Program-made: the position numbers and the translations under genes | In this document: piece by piece, positions 27,378-37,450 of the stretch | How the letters are laid out: every line of letters begins with the position of its first letter | Position numbering within the stretch: position 1 is the stretch's first letter | Notes under the pieces: model-generated | Seen by the model: only the letters and a program-made list of their open reading frames with translations | Told to the model about the DNA's origin: nothing | Databases searched by the model: none | Assembly (NCBI GenBank): GCA_039028615.1 | Contig: JBCCHT010000003.1 | Location: 384,001 to 448,000 of the forward strand | DNA from: Myxococcota bacterium | GTDB taxonomy: Bacteria > Myxococcota_A > Polyangia > Nannocystales > Nannocystaceae | Direction of reading: 5' to 3' | Length of the DNA: 64,000 nt

Positions 27378-28958
27378 TCAGCTGACGTACTGCAGGGCGG
27401 CCTGCACTTCCCGCCAGAACTCCAGCGGAGTCTGCGTGCGGTGCATGACCCGCGGCCGCAGGGCGTTGACCAGGGCGGCGGAGTAGGGCGAGCCGAGTCG
27501 CTGGGCGACCTCGAGCGGAGCGCCCGCCAAGATCTCGGCCTCGGTGAAGCTCGGGACCTCGCGTCGCAGCACGGAGAGCAGAAGTAGGGCCGTGTGATAG
27601 ACGTCGGTAGGTCGACCTACCGTGCCGTAGGTGGCGGGGTCGACCGCCTCGGGGGGCAGCATCCACGGGGCCATGATCGTGCCGACCATGCGGATGTCGG
27701 TCTCGACCCGGGTGATGCCGAGGTCACCCAGCTTGAACGACACCCGCGGTCCGTGCCCCGCGTCCATGACGTCGCTCGTGAGGCTGACGAACACGTTGCC
27801 GGGGTGCACGTCTTTGTGCACGTGCCCGTGACGGTGGATGAAGGCCAACGCCTGCAGCACGTCGCGCGCGATGTGGGGCAGCCATGACTCGTCGATGCGC
27901 GGCAGTACGCGATCGAGACTGTACAGACACTTTTCTACGATGATGTAAAACGCATTGTCGTAGAAGAACGCGTCGTGAATGTACGTGATGTTGGGGTGCC
28001 GCATGCGGCTGAGGTTGGCGACTTCGCTCTCCCACTGTCGCCGCACCTCTTCGAAGGACGCCGCCGCCTTGAGCACTTTGGCCACCAGCGGGTTGGACCA
28101 CTCGTCGGTGCACTCGTACACGTCGCCGTAGGATCCGCCGCCGATGTACTCGCCCATGAAGTACACGCCGACGCTGCCGTTGCGGATCATGTCGCCGCGA
28201 ACGGGCGCCCGGAAGGGCACGACGCTGGGCAGGGTGCGGAGGCTGGGCGAGGTGGCGAGGCGGGGGTGAGGCGCCGGGGAGGGAGCGTTGGGATCGACCT
28301 GCGGCGTGCCGACCATGGAGTCGCTGGCCAGCGGTTCGCCGGGGGGGATCTCGGGATGCGGGCCGCTCACCGGATCGCGGGGGCGCGGCAAGGCGTGGGC
28401 GGAGTCGCCGGGCGAGGCGCCGACGGTGCCCGGCGCGGCGTGACCGGCCGCGGGCGTGCCGGGATGGGTGCCCGAAGCGCCCGGGTCGAATGTGCTGGAG
28501 ATCACCGGTTGCGGCCCAGATTCGTGGTGAATCCGAGGCTGCGTATCGTCCGACTTCGTCGCGACCGTATTCGTTCGCGAGCGGCTCCCCGAAGGTCTCG
28601 TGCCCGTCGACGGTCGATGTTCACCGGGTAGCGTGCCGCCCGAGTTGTTCGGCGAGTGGACGGGCGGCGGGTTGGAGACGGTGCCGGAACCCGCGGGACG
28701 GGTGCCCGTGCTGCCGTGCAACGCGGGCGCGACCCCGGTCGCGGGCGGCACTCCGCCGAGTCCGGGGTTGGTCCCCGGTAGCGGAGTCGCCGAGGGATCC
28801 GGGGGCGGAGGCGGCGATGCAGGTGGGGGCTGGAGTTCCGGTTCGGGGCTCGGGCGGCGTGGTTGAAGCGCAGGCGAGGTGCGAGATCGCCCGCGGCGTC
28901 GAGACGACGAGCGGCCCGGAAGTCGAGGAACCGTTTTGCTGCGGGGGCCCTTGGCCAC
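27378..28958 (-). CDS. Ser/Thr protein kinase with long disordered N-terminus
   Basis: IGGGSYGDVY, VAK, HPNI, HKDVHPGN, DLG, PPE, DVY. Confidence 0.85.
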   Translation of the reverse strand: MAKGPRSKTVPRLPGRSSSRRRGRSRTSPALQPRRPSPEPELQPPPASPPPPPDPSATPLPGTNPGLGGVPPATGVAPALHGSTGTRPAGSGTVSNPPPVHSPNNSGGTLPGEHRPSTGTRPSGSRSRTNTVATKSDDTQPRIHHESGPQPVISSTFDPGASGTHPGTPAAGHAAPGTVGASPGDSAHALPRPRDPVSGPHPEIPPGEPLASDSMVGTPQVDPNAPSPAPHPRLATSPSLRTLPSVVPFRAPVRGDMIRNGSVGVYFMGEYIGGGSYGDVYECTDEWSNPLVAKVLKAAASFEEVRRQWESEVANLSRMRHPNITYIHDAFFYDNAFYIIVEKCLYSLDRVLPRIDESWLPHIARDVLQALAFIHRHGHVHKDVHPGNVFVSLTSDVMDAGHGPRVSFKLGDLGITRVETDIRMVGTIMAPWMLPPEAVDPATYGTVGRPTDVYHTALLLLSVLRREVPSFTEAEILAGAPLEVAQRLGSPYSAALVNALRPRVMHRTQTPLEFWREVQAALQYVS

Positions 28959-29265
28959 GGCGCGTCCACGCTACCACGGGAAGTGGCGAACCTTGCGTGT
29001 TGCCTCACGAGATCGGCACACGGTGGCGATCCATGCGCCCAGTGCAATTAGGACATTCTCGAGTGGTTTAATCGGGCCCACTTGCCCATTTGGGCAGCAA
29101 GTGTGGCAACGAGCCCCGCTCAAACCAACGGGGGCAACCTGTTATAAACCGCTTTCGCGCCGACGATGGACTCCGTCGACGAGCGCTCACCCGCCCTACC
29201 ACGATGAACCGGATCGCTACGATCGAGCGCCGTCGCGTGCCTACGTCCGTTCGGGGAGTCTCGCC

Positions 29266-30834
29266 GTGAGCGACGACGGAGCGGCGGCCGAAGAGCGCCC
29301 GACGTCGGCGGATCCGCCGTGGGGTGACGAGATCACCCCGCTCACCGAGGTCTGCGGCGGCCAGTACGTGCTGTTGCACGAGATCGCTCGCGGCGACCTG
29401 TCGATCGTGTACCGGGCCAAGCCCAGCGGGCAGCGCGAGTCGATCGCCTTCAAGGTCATCCAGCCCCGCTACGTCGACGACGAAGTGCAGACCCGTCGCT
29501 TTCGTCGCGAGGCCGAGCTGCTGACCAAGGTCGAGCACCCCAACATCGTGCGCCTCATCGACCACGGCTCGATCGAAGATGGCCGCGACTTCGTGGCCCT
29601 CGAGCTGCTGACCGGTCAGACTCTGGCCGAGGCGCTCGCGGTGACTCCCCGCGTGAGCCCCGAGCGAACCTGCCGGATCATGCGTCAGGCCGCGCGGGCG
29701 CTGCGAGCGATGCACCTGGCCGGGGTGATCCATCGCGACCTCCAGCCCGAGAATATCCTGCTCATCGGTCCCGAAGATGGCGAGCGGGTCAAGCTGGTGG
29801 ACTTCAGTCGGGCCGGCGATGTCGGGGCGCCCGTGCGTCGGTCTCGCAAGGATCGCCCGCAGTCGGGCGAGGTCGGCGAGGGGCCGACCTATCGCGCCCC
29901 CGAGCAGGTCCGCAAGCGCTCGCCCACCGCGTCGATGGACGTGTTCGCCTTCGGCGTCATCGCGTTCGAGATGCTGGCCGGCGAGCATCCCTTCGCCGAG
30001 CCCGAGCCGGGCGACGAAGCCCGCGTCGCCGGCCACACCGGTCCCACCATTCGCTCCAAGGCCTTCGATGCGCCCGAGGAGCTGCTGGGGTTGGTGGCCG
30101 ATTGCATCAAGGACGACCCCGACAAGCGGCCGAGCTCGATGGACGAGGTCATCGAGCGCATCGACAAGGCCCTGTTGTGGATGGGGGTCGTGCCGCACGA
30201 AGGGGCCTCCGACGAAGAAGACGAGGACGCGCGGACCCAGCTGTGGTCGGCCGCGGATCCGGACAAGGTCGAGTCGCGTGCGGGCAAGAGCCCCCGTCGA
30301 GGGGGTCGCACGGCCGCCCGGGGCCACGATGAGCGCGACACGACCTCGCCGGAAGCCGACACCGCCGACGATCAGCCCGTGGCGAGTCGACGACGCCGTC
30401 CCGAGCCTGCGCCCGAACCCGAGGCCCCCGAGCCCAGCGCGGAGTCGAGGGTGCCGACCGGACCCGAGCCCGAAGCGAGCCAGAACGCCGAGACCGACTC
30501 GGTGTCCGCGATGGATCGGGACGAACTCGAAGGCCAGGAGACGATGGACGACGAGTCTCCGGTCGTGGTCGACACCGTGGCCTGGACCAAGCCCGAGCCG
30601 GTGGCCGAGCGCGAGCGTCGAGCTGCGGCGTCGCCACGCGCCTCCCGTCGGTCGCGAGACTCGAGCGCCGAGCAGCCCACGAAAGAGCCGTCCGCTCGCC
30701 CACGGGCCACCCAGACCCGGCGCCCCACGTCCAATCACCCGCCCGTGCCCGCCCTGCCGCGCTGGGCCTTTCCGCTGGTGATCTCGGTGATCGGCCTGCT
30801 CGCTTACGGCGTGTGGATGGTCTGGACCGCCTGA
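29266..30834 (+). CDS. Ser/Thr kinase-like protein (probable pseudokinase) with C-terminal TM
   Basis: GGGGAG SD before GTG; AFK, HPNIV, HRDLQPEN, DFS, YRAPEQ, DVFAFG; C-terminal hydrophobic helix. Confidence 0.85.
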   Translation: MSDDGAAAEERPTSADPPWGDEITPLTEVCGGQYVLLHEIARGDLSIVYRAKPSGQRESIAFKVIQPRYVDDEVQTRRFRREAELLTKVEHPNIVRLIDHGSIEDGRDFVALELLTGQTLAEALAVTPRVSPERTCRIMRQAARALRAMHLAGVIHRDLQPENILLIGPEDGERVKLVDFSRAGDVGAPVRRSRKDRPQSGEVGEGPTYRAPEQVRKRSPTASMDVFAFGVIAFEMLAGEHPFAEPEPGDEARVAGHTGPTIRSKAFDAPEELLGLVADCIKDDPDKRPSSMDEVIERIDKALLWMGVVPHEGASDEEDEDARTQLWSAADPDKVESRAGKSPRRGGRTAARGHDERDTTSPEADTADDQPVASRRRRPEPAPEPEAPEPSAESRVPTGPEPEASQNAETDSVSAMDRDELEGQETMDDESPVVVDTVAWTKPEPVAERERRAAASPRASRRSRDSSAEQPTKEPSARPRATQTRRPTSNHPPVPALPRWAFPLVISVIGLLAYGVWMVWTA

Positions 30835-30849
30835 GCTTCCAGGCGGCGT

Positions 30850-31761
30850 TCAGTCGCGCTCGGCCACGAAGATGCGCACCACGCTGGTCAGCGGGAGATC
30901 GTCGAGCCCGGTGGGCACCAGGTAGCGCAGGTGCAGATCGACGCGACCCGGCTCGAGCCGCGGCGCGAAGCCACTGTCGGTGAGCCGACGAGCGAGCTCT
31001 TCGATGGGGACCGCCCAGCGCAGGCCATCGCCCAACAGCGCGACCGAAGGCCGACCCAGCGAGCCCAGGCGGCCGCCGAGGCGACCGGAGGGCAGCCGAC
31101 CCTGCTCGTCGGGCACCACGTAGGTGCCGGCGAGGCGGCTGCCGGGCGGCACCACCGTGGCGACCCCACGGAGGAAGTCGGCGACCTCTTGGTCTTCGAG
31201 GTACATCAGCACGCCCTCGGCCACGACCATGCTCTTGGCGTCGCGATCCCAGCGGAGCTCGTCGAGGGTCTCGGGCAGCGAGACTTCGGCCAGGTCGGCG
31301 GGGTGCAGCACCAGGTTGCTCGGCGCATCGAGCTGGTCGAGGGCGTGGCGCTTGAGCGACTGGGTCGCAGGGTGGTCGACCTCGACGAAGCGGACGTCGG
31401 GAAAGTCTCGGGCCAGGCGCAGCCCCAGGGTGTCGAAGCCGGCTCCCACGATGAGCACCTGGGTGGCGCCGCTGCCGATGGCGCTGCGGGTCTCGTCGTC
31501 GAGCAGGCGCTTGCGCAGGGCCAGGTGCGTGGACTGGCCGGGGGCCAGTGTGCGCTCGATCCAGTCGAACATCGAGCGGGAGCGCGTGCCGTCGTAGGCC
31601 TTGAGGTGCCAGTCCTTCAGCAGCCCGGTGGCGCGCAGCAGGGCCTCGGTCGCCTCGGCTGCGCCCGGGGGTAGCAGCGGGGCCCGGCGATCGTCGCGAG
31701 CCACATAGAACAGAACTCGGCTGATCTTGATGGCGGTGCGGCTGGCCTGGTGCGCGCGCAT
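30850..31761 (-). CDS. SAM-dependent methyltransferase (LCM/TIGR00027-like)
   Basis: QVLIVGAGFDT, EVDHPATQ..K, ADL, AEGVLMYL. Confidence 0.88.
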   Translation of the reverse strand: MRAHQASRTAIKISRVLFYVARDDRRAPLLPPGAAEATEALLRATGLLKDWHLKAYDGTRSRSMFDWIERTLAPGQSTHLALRKRLLDDETRSAIGSGATQVLIVGAGFDTLGLRLARDFPDVRFVEVDHPATQSLKRHALDQLDAPSNLVLHPADLAEVSLPETLDELRWDRDAKSMVVAEGVLMYLEDQEVADFLRGVATVVPPGSRLAGTYVVPDEQGRLPSGRLGGRLGSLGRPSVALLGDGLRWAVPIEELARRLTDSGFAPRLEPGRVDLHLRYLVPTGLDDLPLTSVVRIFVAERD

Positions 31762-31783
31762 GGCTGTCCCAGCGTAGCAGGGC

Positions 31784-32401
31784 TCAGCGGCTCGACCCCT
31801 TGTCGGGTTGGAGGCCGCGATAGAGCACGTCGTAGGCGAGGTCCGCCACCGCGCCACGGTCGGCGTCGTACTGGGCGAGCTGACCGTCGACGCCCAGCGT
31901 GGCCAGGCCGTGCACCAGGCCCCACGCCACGGTGGCCAGACCGCGGAGCTCACCCGAGCGCACGAGCCCCTGCTCCTGGCAGCGTCCCAGCGCGCCGAGC
32001 AGCACCTGAAAGCAGCTGTCGGCCGCGTCCCGCAGCTGGGGATGATCCCGGCGATCGCCCAGGGTCTCGCCGAACATCAGCCGGAACACCCCGGGATTGT
32101 CGGCGGCGAACTCCACATAGGCCGCGCCCGCCTTCTGCATCTCGACGAGGGCGGGGGCGCTTTGGTTGGCCGCCTCCTCGAGGGCCTGGCGCAGCTTCAT
32201 GAACCCCTCGAGCGCGACCTCGGCCAGCACCGCCCGCTTGTCGGCGAAGTGCCGATAGGTTGCGGGATGACTCACGCCGACATCGGCCGCGAGGCTCCGC
32301 AGGGTCAGCGCATGCGTGCCCTCGGCCTCGATCTTGCGGCCCGCTGCCACGAGCAAGGCCTCCCGTAGGTTGCCGTGGTGATAGCTGCGTCGACCCGCCA
32401 T
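31784..32401 (-). CDS. TetR/AcrR family regulator (WHG-type C-terminal domain)
   Basis: YHHGNLREALL...TLRSLAADVGVSHPATYRHF; W..VHG. Confidence 0.92.
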   Translation of the reverse strand: MAGRRSYHHGNLREALLVAAGRKIEAEGTHALTLRSLAADVGVSHPATYRHFADKRAVLAEVALEGFMKLRQALEEAANQSAPALVEMQKAGAAYVEFAADNPGVFRLMFGETLGDRRDHPQLRDAADSCFQVLLGALGRCQEQGLVRSGELRGLATVAWGLVHGLATLGVDGQLAQYDADRGAVADLAYDVLYRGLQPDKGSSR

Positions 32402-32439
32402 TTGACGCGCAGGATACTCGATGTTACCGTTGGTAACAA
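32402..32439. promoter_or_regulatory. Overlapping divergent sigma70-type promoters with a palindromic operator
   Basis: + strand TTGACG-N17-TACCGT; - strand TTGTTA-N17-TATCCT; inverted repeat TGTTACC-gtt-GGTAACA at 32422-32438. Confidence 0.75.
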
Positions 32440-33873
32440 ATGCAGACCTCCGCCCCCTCCCCATTGCCCGCGCTGCCCGACTGGCGGCCCATGCTCGAAG
32501 ATCCACGCCCGCAGCCGTCCTTCGTCCCGCTGCGGGTGGAGGGCCGGTTACCTCCTGAACTTCGGGGGACCTTCGTGCGCAATGGCCCGGCGTTGTCCCA
32601 CGCGATGGGCACCGACTACGAGCACTGGTTCGACGGCGACGGAGGCTTGGTGGCGGTGCAGCTGGGCGACGGACGGGCCCGGGGAGCGCTGCGCCTCATC
32701 GAGACGGCGGGACTGGCCAAGGAGCGTAAGCGCGGGCGTCGGCTCTTTCCCGGCTTCGGCACGCATGCCCCCGCGTGGTGGCACCCGTGGTCGGTCAAGA
32801 ACGTCGCCAACACCAACGTCATCCCGTGGCAGGGGCGGCTGCTGGCGTTGTGGGAGGGCGGGCGACCCCATGAGGTGAGCCTCGAGACGCTGCAGACCCG
32901 CGGGCTCACGTCCCTGGGTGGAGTGGTGCCCGGGGCGTTCTCAGCTCACCCCCACCGCGTGCAGGCGCGGGCGGCCGTCTACAACTTCGGCGTTCGTCCT
33001 CGGCTGCGCGGTGCACTCCTCGATCTGTTCGAGCTGCCCGACCAGGGGCCCGCGCGACGACTGGCCTCGCTGCCGCTGCCGAGCATGCCCTTCATCCACG
33101 ACTTCATCGCCACCGAGCGGCACCTGGTGTTCTTCATCAGCCCCGTGTTCGTGGACATCCCGCGGTTTTTGCTCGGGCCGCGGACCTACGCCGAGTGCAT
33201 GCAGTGGAAGCCCGAGGTCGGCACCGAGGTGTTGGTGGTGCCCATCGACGACCCCGCTCGCCCCGTGCGCTTCCGCAGCGAGGCGTCGTGGCAGTGGCAC
33301 TTCGGCAACGCCTTCGAGCGAGGCGACGAGATCGTCGTGGACCTGGTGCGCTTCGATTCCTTCTCGCTCATCGGGGTCTCGTCCGAGCTCCACGACGACG
33401 ACCGCGGCGTGGTCGACCACGGGTGGCCGGCGCGGGCGGTCATCGACCGGCGGGCGCGGTCGCTACGCTGGGAGACCTGGGCCGAGCGCAGCATGGAGTT
33501 TCCTCGGGTGGCGCCCTCGGTGGAAGGGGGCGAGCATCGCCATGTGTATATGGCGGCCCATGGGTCACAGGCTCAGCGAGAAGGCACCTTGTTCGATCGA
33601 ATCGTCAAGCTCGACACGAGTGTGGGTACTTTCGAAGAGTACGAGTTCGACTGTGGGGTCTTTGCAAGTGAGCCAATTTTTACCCCGAGCCCACATTCGA
33701 AGTGTGACGATGATGGTTGGGTGATGAGCCTGGTCTACGATGCCCCGAACCACCGTAGTCACGTCGCGGTATTCGATGCGCAGGACCTGTCCGGTGGGCC
33801 GGTCGCCCGCGTGCATTTCGATCGGCACGTGCACTACACCTTCCACGGGAGCTTCGTGCCCGAGGCCGTGTAG
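32440..33873 (+). CDS. Carotenoid oxygenase (RPE65) family dioxygenase
   Basis: RNGP, HWFDGDG, NVANTN, FSAHP, IHDF, WHFGN, EFP, EPIF, DDGW, FHGSF (four Fe-ligand His). Confidence 0.93.
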   Translation: MQTSAPSPLPALPDWRPMLEDPRPQPSFVPLRVEGRLPPELRGTFVRNGPALSHAMGTDYEHWFDGDGGLVAVQLGDGRARGALRLIETAGLAKERKRGRRLFPGFGTHAPAWWHPWSVKNVANTNVIPWQGRLLALWEGGRPHEVSLETLQTRGLTSLGGVVPGAFSAHPHRVQARAAVYNFGVRPRLRGALLDLFELPDQGPARRLASLPLPSMPFIHDFIATERHLVFFISPVFVDIPRFLLGPRTYAECMQWKPEVGTEVLVVPIDDPARPVRFRSEASWQWHFGNAFERGDEIVVDLVRFDSFSLIGVSSELHDDDRGVVDHGWPARAVIDRRARSLRWETWAERSMEFPRVAPSVEGGEHRHVYMAAHGSQAQREGTLFDRIVKLDTSVGTFEEYEFDCGVFASEPIFTPSPHSKCDDDGWVMSLVYDAPNHRSHVAVFDAQDLSGGPVARVHFDRHVHYTFHGSFVPEAV

Positions 33874-34262
33874 CGCCGCTGACGCGCCGTTTGGTGGCGG
33901 TTGCGTGTCAGTAGGAGGAAGGGAGGGGATCTCCTCCCTGCTCGAAGGGTACGGCTCGACCGAGCGATATCGCCCGTCTTGATTTCAAATGGCTCGTATT
34001 CGCCCGCAATTTGCGATCCCGCGCGCCCGCCCTGCGGAATCTGCCATGGTGGCCCATTCGTGCGCGACGATGAGAATCATTGTTCGACTGTCACTCGAAC
34101 AATGACAACGACGTTATTCGATCAATGCGTGGTGCCGAATCTTCATGCATGAACTCGAGGGGACGACCGTGGTGATGGTGGAGTTGCTTGAATCCGAACG
34201 GGTGATTTTAATGTGAAGGAAACCCCCATCGGGTGAAATATTGCAGGTACTATCACTAGCGG

Positions 34263-34790
34263 ATGGAGCGTTTCGAGTCGGGTTCATCGGTCATCTACTG
34301 CGATGACAGTCATTTTCCGGTGGTCATCTCGACGTGGATCGGGGCGGCGACACTGGACAACAGCCAGGAGTATCTCACGTGGATGGATGCGCAACTACAG
34401 CGTGCTACACGTGAGGAGGTTCGGCTGATTTCGATCTCCGACAGTGCAGACGCGAAGCGGCCTCCACCCGAGGTTCGGCGGCTCTTCGTCGATTGGATCA
34501 ACAACAACGAAGAATCGACGGGAGATTCGTTCGTGGTGATCACCAATGCGCTGGTACGTGGCGCGCTGACGGCGATTGGGTGGCTGGCGCCCTCGGCCCA
34601 GAAGGTGAACACGGTGAAGGACTTGCCTACGGCGCTGAGCAAGGCACGGGGGCTGCTGGCGGAACGCGGGCTGACGGTCCCGGGAGGCCTGACCTCGGAG
34701 CGCTACGTACGACCGGGGCAGGACGCGGCCCGCAAGGTGGTCCGCAGCAATAGCGAAGCCGCGGCGATGATGAGTTCCTCCTCTCGCTAG
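34263..34790 (+). CDS. Hypothetical protein, STAS/SEC14-like
   Basis: FPVVISTW...RPPPEVRR...NALVRGALTAIGW pattern. Confidence 0.6.
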   Translation: MERFESGSSVIYCDDSHFPVVISTWIGAATLDNSQEYLTWMDAQLQRATREEVRLISISDSADAKRPPPEVRRLFVDWINNNEESTGDSFVVITNALVRGALTAIGWLAPSAQKVNTVKDLPTALSKARGLLAERGLTVPGGLTSERYVRPGQDAARKVVRSNSEAAAMMSSSSR

Positions 34791-34878
34791 GTCGAAGGGC
34801 GCACCAGCCGAGGCAGGGCGGGGTCGATGGGGCTCCGCCCTTTGTCGTGGTTCGAGCCGCCGTGGCGGGGGTGACCGG

Positions 34879-35622
34879 TCAGTGCGGGGAAGAGACGACG
34901 GTGGCGGTCTGGATGTAGTCGAGCCGCGGGAAGTCGGAGAGGTAGGGATTGCCCTCGTCGGTGAAGCGCCGCTGGTTGGGGCCCTCGCCCATGGGCGCGC
35001 ACTCGCCATAGCCGGTGTAGAGGCTGAGCACGGTGTACATGCCCGTATGAACCTCACCGAAGGGGGCGAACTCGAGTTCGTCGAGGAACTGGTTGTCCAC
35101 GGTGTTGATGAACAGCTGCGCCGTTCGGCTGTTGGGGGCCTTCGACTTGGCGAAGGCGATGGTGCCGGTCAGGTTGCTGTGGGTCGCGGGCTCGTCGGGG
35201 ATGGGGGCGTCGTTCCACTTCTGGGTGACGAAGGGATCGCCGTGGACGCCGAACTGGACCATGAAGTTCGGGACGGCGCGGTAGAACGCGACTTCTTGGT
35301 AGTAGCCGGCCTCGACGAGGTTGAAGAATCGATCGGCGGCCAGGGGAGCCCAGTCGCGGTGGACGGCGACCAGGAAGTCACCCCGTGTCGTCTCGAAGCG
35401 CACCTCGAATTCGTCGGGAGCACGGCGAGTGGCGAGCTCGGGGTGCATGAGCGGATCGAGGGCCGACTCGCTCTTGGCCGGGCGTGAATCGTCGCTCGTC
35501 GCTTCGGGTGCGGCCGCGGGCGAAGGGGCGGCGGGCTCGGTCGGGGCGGGCTTGCAGGCGCTCAGGCCGAGGGCGAGGCCGAGGGCACAAAGGGACGAGG
35601 GGGCACGCGGAGTCCACGGCAT
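34879..35622 (-). CDS. Cyclophilin-type peptidylprolyl isomerase, lipoprotein
   Basis: LSAC lipobox; FETTRG, WAP...DRF, FYRAVPNFMVQFG, QLFIN, FAPFGEV. Confidence 0.92.
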   Translation of the reverse strand: MPWTPRAPSSLCALGLALGLSACKPAPTEPAAPSPAAAPEATSDDSRPAKSESALDPLMHPELATRRAPDEFEVRFETTRGDFLVAVHRDWAPLAADRFFNLVEAGYYQEVAFYRAVPNFMVQFGVHGDPFVTQKWNDAPIPDEPATHSNLTGTIAFAKSKAPNSRTAQLFINTVDNQFLDELEFAPFGEVHTGMYTVLSLYTGYGECAPMGEGPNQRRFTDEGNPYLSDFPRLDYIQTATVVSSPH

Positions 35623-35809
35623 TTCGCCGACCCTAACAAAGCGATCGCACAGGTTCGTCCTGCGCGCCGCGAATGTACGTGTGGCCCAGATCGGGAGCCG
35701 AGATCGCACATTCTGTCACGCGGTGGCGATGCGGCGGACGTGAACGAAGTTCGTGATATCGGGCATTGCCGCATTGCTCGACGGTGCGCCACGGTCGATG
35801 ATTCCGGCC

Positions 35810-37039
35810 GTGAACCGCCCCCACCTGCCCACGTTGTTCCTGTTGTCGCTGTCCGCTGCTCCGCTGGCGCTGGCCGGTTGCGACAAGAAGCCCGAGTCCG
35901 GCGACAAGGCGGCAAAGGCCGATGCGAAGAAGAAGCCCGCGGGCAAGGACGCGGGTAAAGCGGACGCGAAGAAGGCGGACGCGGGCAAAGCGGATGCGAA
36001 GAACGACGACGCGAAGAAGGCGGAGCCGGGCAAGGCCGATGACGCGCCGAAAGAGGTGAAGCAGGCCCCACCCGAGGAGCCCACCAAGCCGCCCATCGTG
36101 TACGCGGTCGGCAAAGAGGTGTGGCGGGTGCAGGCCGACGGATCTGGGGCGAAGTCGATGGGCATCGAGGTCGAGGTCAAGGGGGACGGAACGGGGGCCA
36201 TCAACACGGGCTCGAACAGCGCGGCGGTCTCGGCCGACGGCGCTCACTTGGCCTACCTCCAAGATGCCAACTTGTATGTGGCCACGCTCGGGGACGACGG
36301 GGCCAAGGGGACGGCGCTGACCAAGATGCCGCCCGCCAAGGACGACTTCATCGTCGCCGCGGAGATTTCGTTCACCGGGTGGTCGCCCGATGGCCAGACC
36401 TTGGTCGTGTTCCTCACCGAGCCGAGCTATGCCGAGGAGGACCCTCTGCCCATGCCGGCCGGGGCCGAGTATGGCGCTCACGTGCTGTCCGCCTCCGACA
36501 TGAAGCTGACCCGGGCGCCCCACATCGCCGGGGCCATGGACTGGAGCCCGGACTCGAAGTGGGTCGTCGAGAACAAGCACGGTTCGGCGGCCGACTACAG
36601 CCTGGTGGCGTATGCCATCGCGGGCGGGCCGGTCGAGAACCTGCGCTCGACCTCCGACCAGTACGGCTTTGGCCAGCTCGACGTCGCGGGCAGCCACGTG
36701 GCGTGGAACGCCTCGGGCCCCGACGGTAAATTCAGCCAGGTCGTGGCCGCGCCCTACGCTGGCGGCGACCCGGTGCCGCTGACCGAGCAAAAGGGTTTCG
36801 CCGACATCCAGTGGCCGCGGCTGTCGCCGAAGGGCGATCGGGTGCTGGCCCAGATCTCGGGGACGTGGAAGCTCAGCCAGGGCGCGGCGGCTCCGAGCGC
36901 ACTCGAGGTTCCCGAGGACTCGCGCTGGGACGACAACGACCACCTGCTGGCGATCACCCCCGAGGGGCTGGTCCGCATGGACCTCGAAGGCAAGAAGGTC
37001 GTGCTCGACGCCAAGGCGACCGCGCTGATTCGGCAGTAG
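35810..37039 (+). CDS. Lipoprotein with KADAK repeats and a TolB-like beta-propeller
   Basis: LAGC lipobox; SADG, WSPDG, WSPDS and SPKG blade motifs; start 35798 or 35810. Confidence 0.8.
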   Translation: MNRPHLPTLFLLSLSAAPLALAGCDKKPESGDKAAKADAKKKPAGKDAGKADAKKADAGKADAKNDDAKKAEPGKADDAPKEVKQAPPEEPTKPPIVYAVGKEVWRVQADGSGAKSMGIEVEVKGDGTGAINTGSNSAAVSADGAHLAYLQDANLYVATLGDDGAKGTALTKMPPAKDDFIVAAEISFTGWSPDGQTLVVFLTEPSYAEEDPLPMPAGAEYGAHVLSASDMKLTRAPHIAGAMDWSPDSKWVVENKHGSAADYSLVAYAIAGGPVENLRSTSDQYGFGQLDVAGSHVAWNASGPDGKFSQVVAAPYAGGDPVPLTEQKGFADIQWPRLSPKGDRVLAQISGTWKLSQGAAAPSALEVPEDSRWDDNDHLLAITPEGLVRMDLEGKKVVLDAKATALIRQ

Positions 37040-37056
37040 ACACCCTGCTCGGTCGG

Positions 37057-37087
37057 CCGAGGCGGGCTGCGAAAACCGCCGCCTCGG
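37057..37087. terminator. Hairpin between convergent genes
   Basis: ccgaggcgg ... ccgcctcgg inverted repeat. Confidence 0.45.
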
Positions 37088-37390
37088 TCAGGCCGGGTCG
37101 TCGTCGCTGGCCTTGGCGGCCAGGGAGGCGCGCAGCGCATCCTCGAGGCTCGGCTGATTCGCGCTGAGCCCTTGGAGGTGATCGATGCGCTCGAACTCGT
37201 AGTGCCCCTCGATCTTCGTGTTGAAGAACGTGCCCTTGGCGGGCGCACGCATGAGCCATTCGTGGGTGCTCGAGGGCACGCCGCGGTAGCGATAGATCTT
37301 CCCGGAGCGGAACTCGACCTCGAGCGTCTCCGACTCCGCGTCGTAGCCCACCGATCGAAGAGCGCCGGATTCCACTTCCGTGCGGTCCAT
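37088..37390 (-). CDS. KTSC domain protein
   Basis: S..LRSVGYD...LEVEF.SG..YRY.GVP...A..KG.FFN..I (3' end of track ORF 37088..38239). Confidence 0.9.
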   Translation of the reverse strand: MDRTEVESGALRSVGYDAESETLEVEFRSGKIYRYRGVPSSTHEWLMRAPAKGTFFNTKIEGHYEFERIDHLQGLSANQPSLEDALRASLAAKASDDDPA

Positions 37391-37450
37391 GGGGCATCTT
37401 GGCTCGTTTTTTCGGTTGACATCAAGGCGCGTTCGGACCACCGATGGTTC

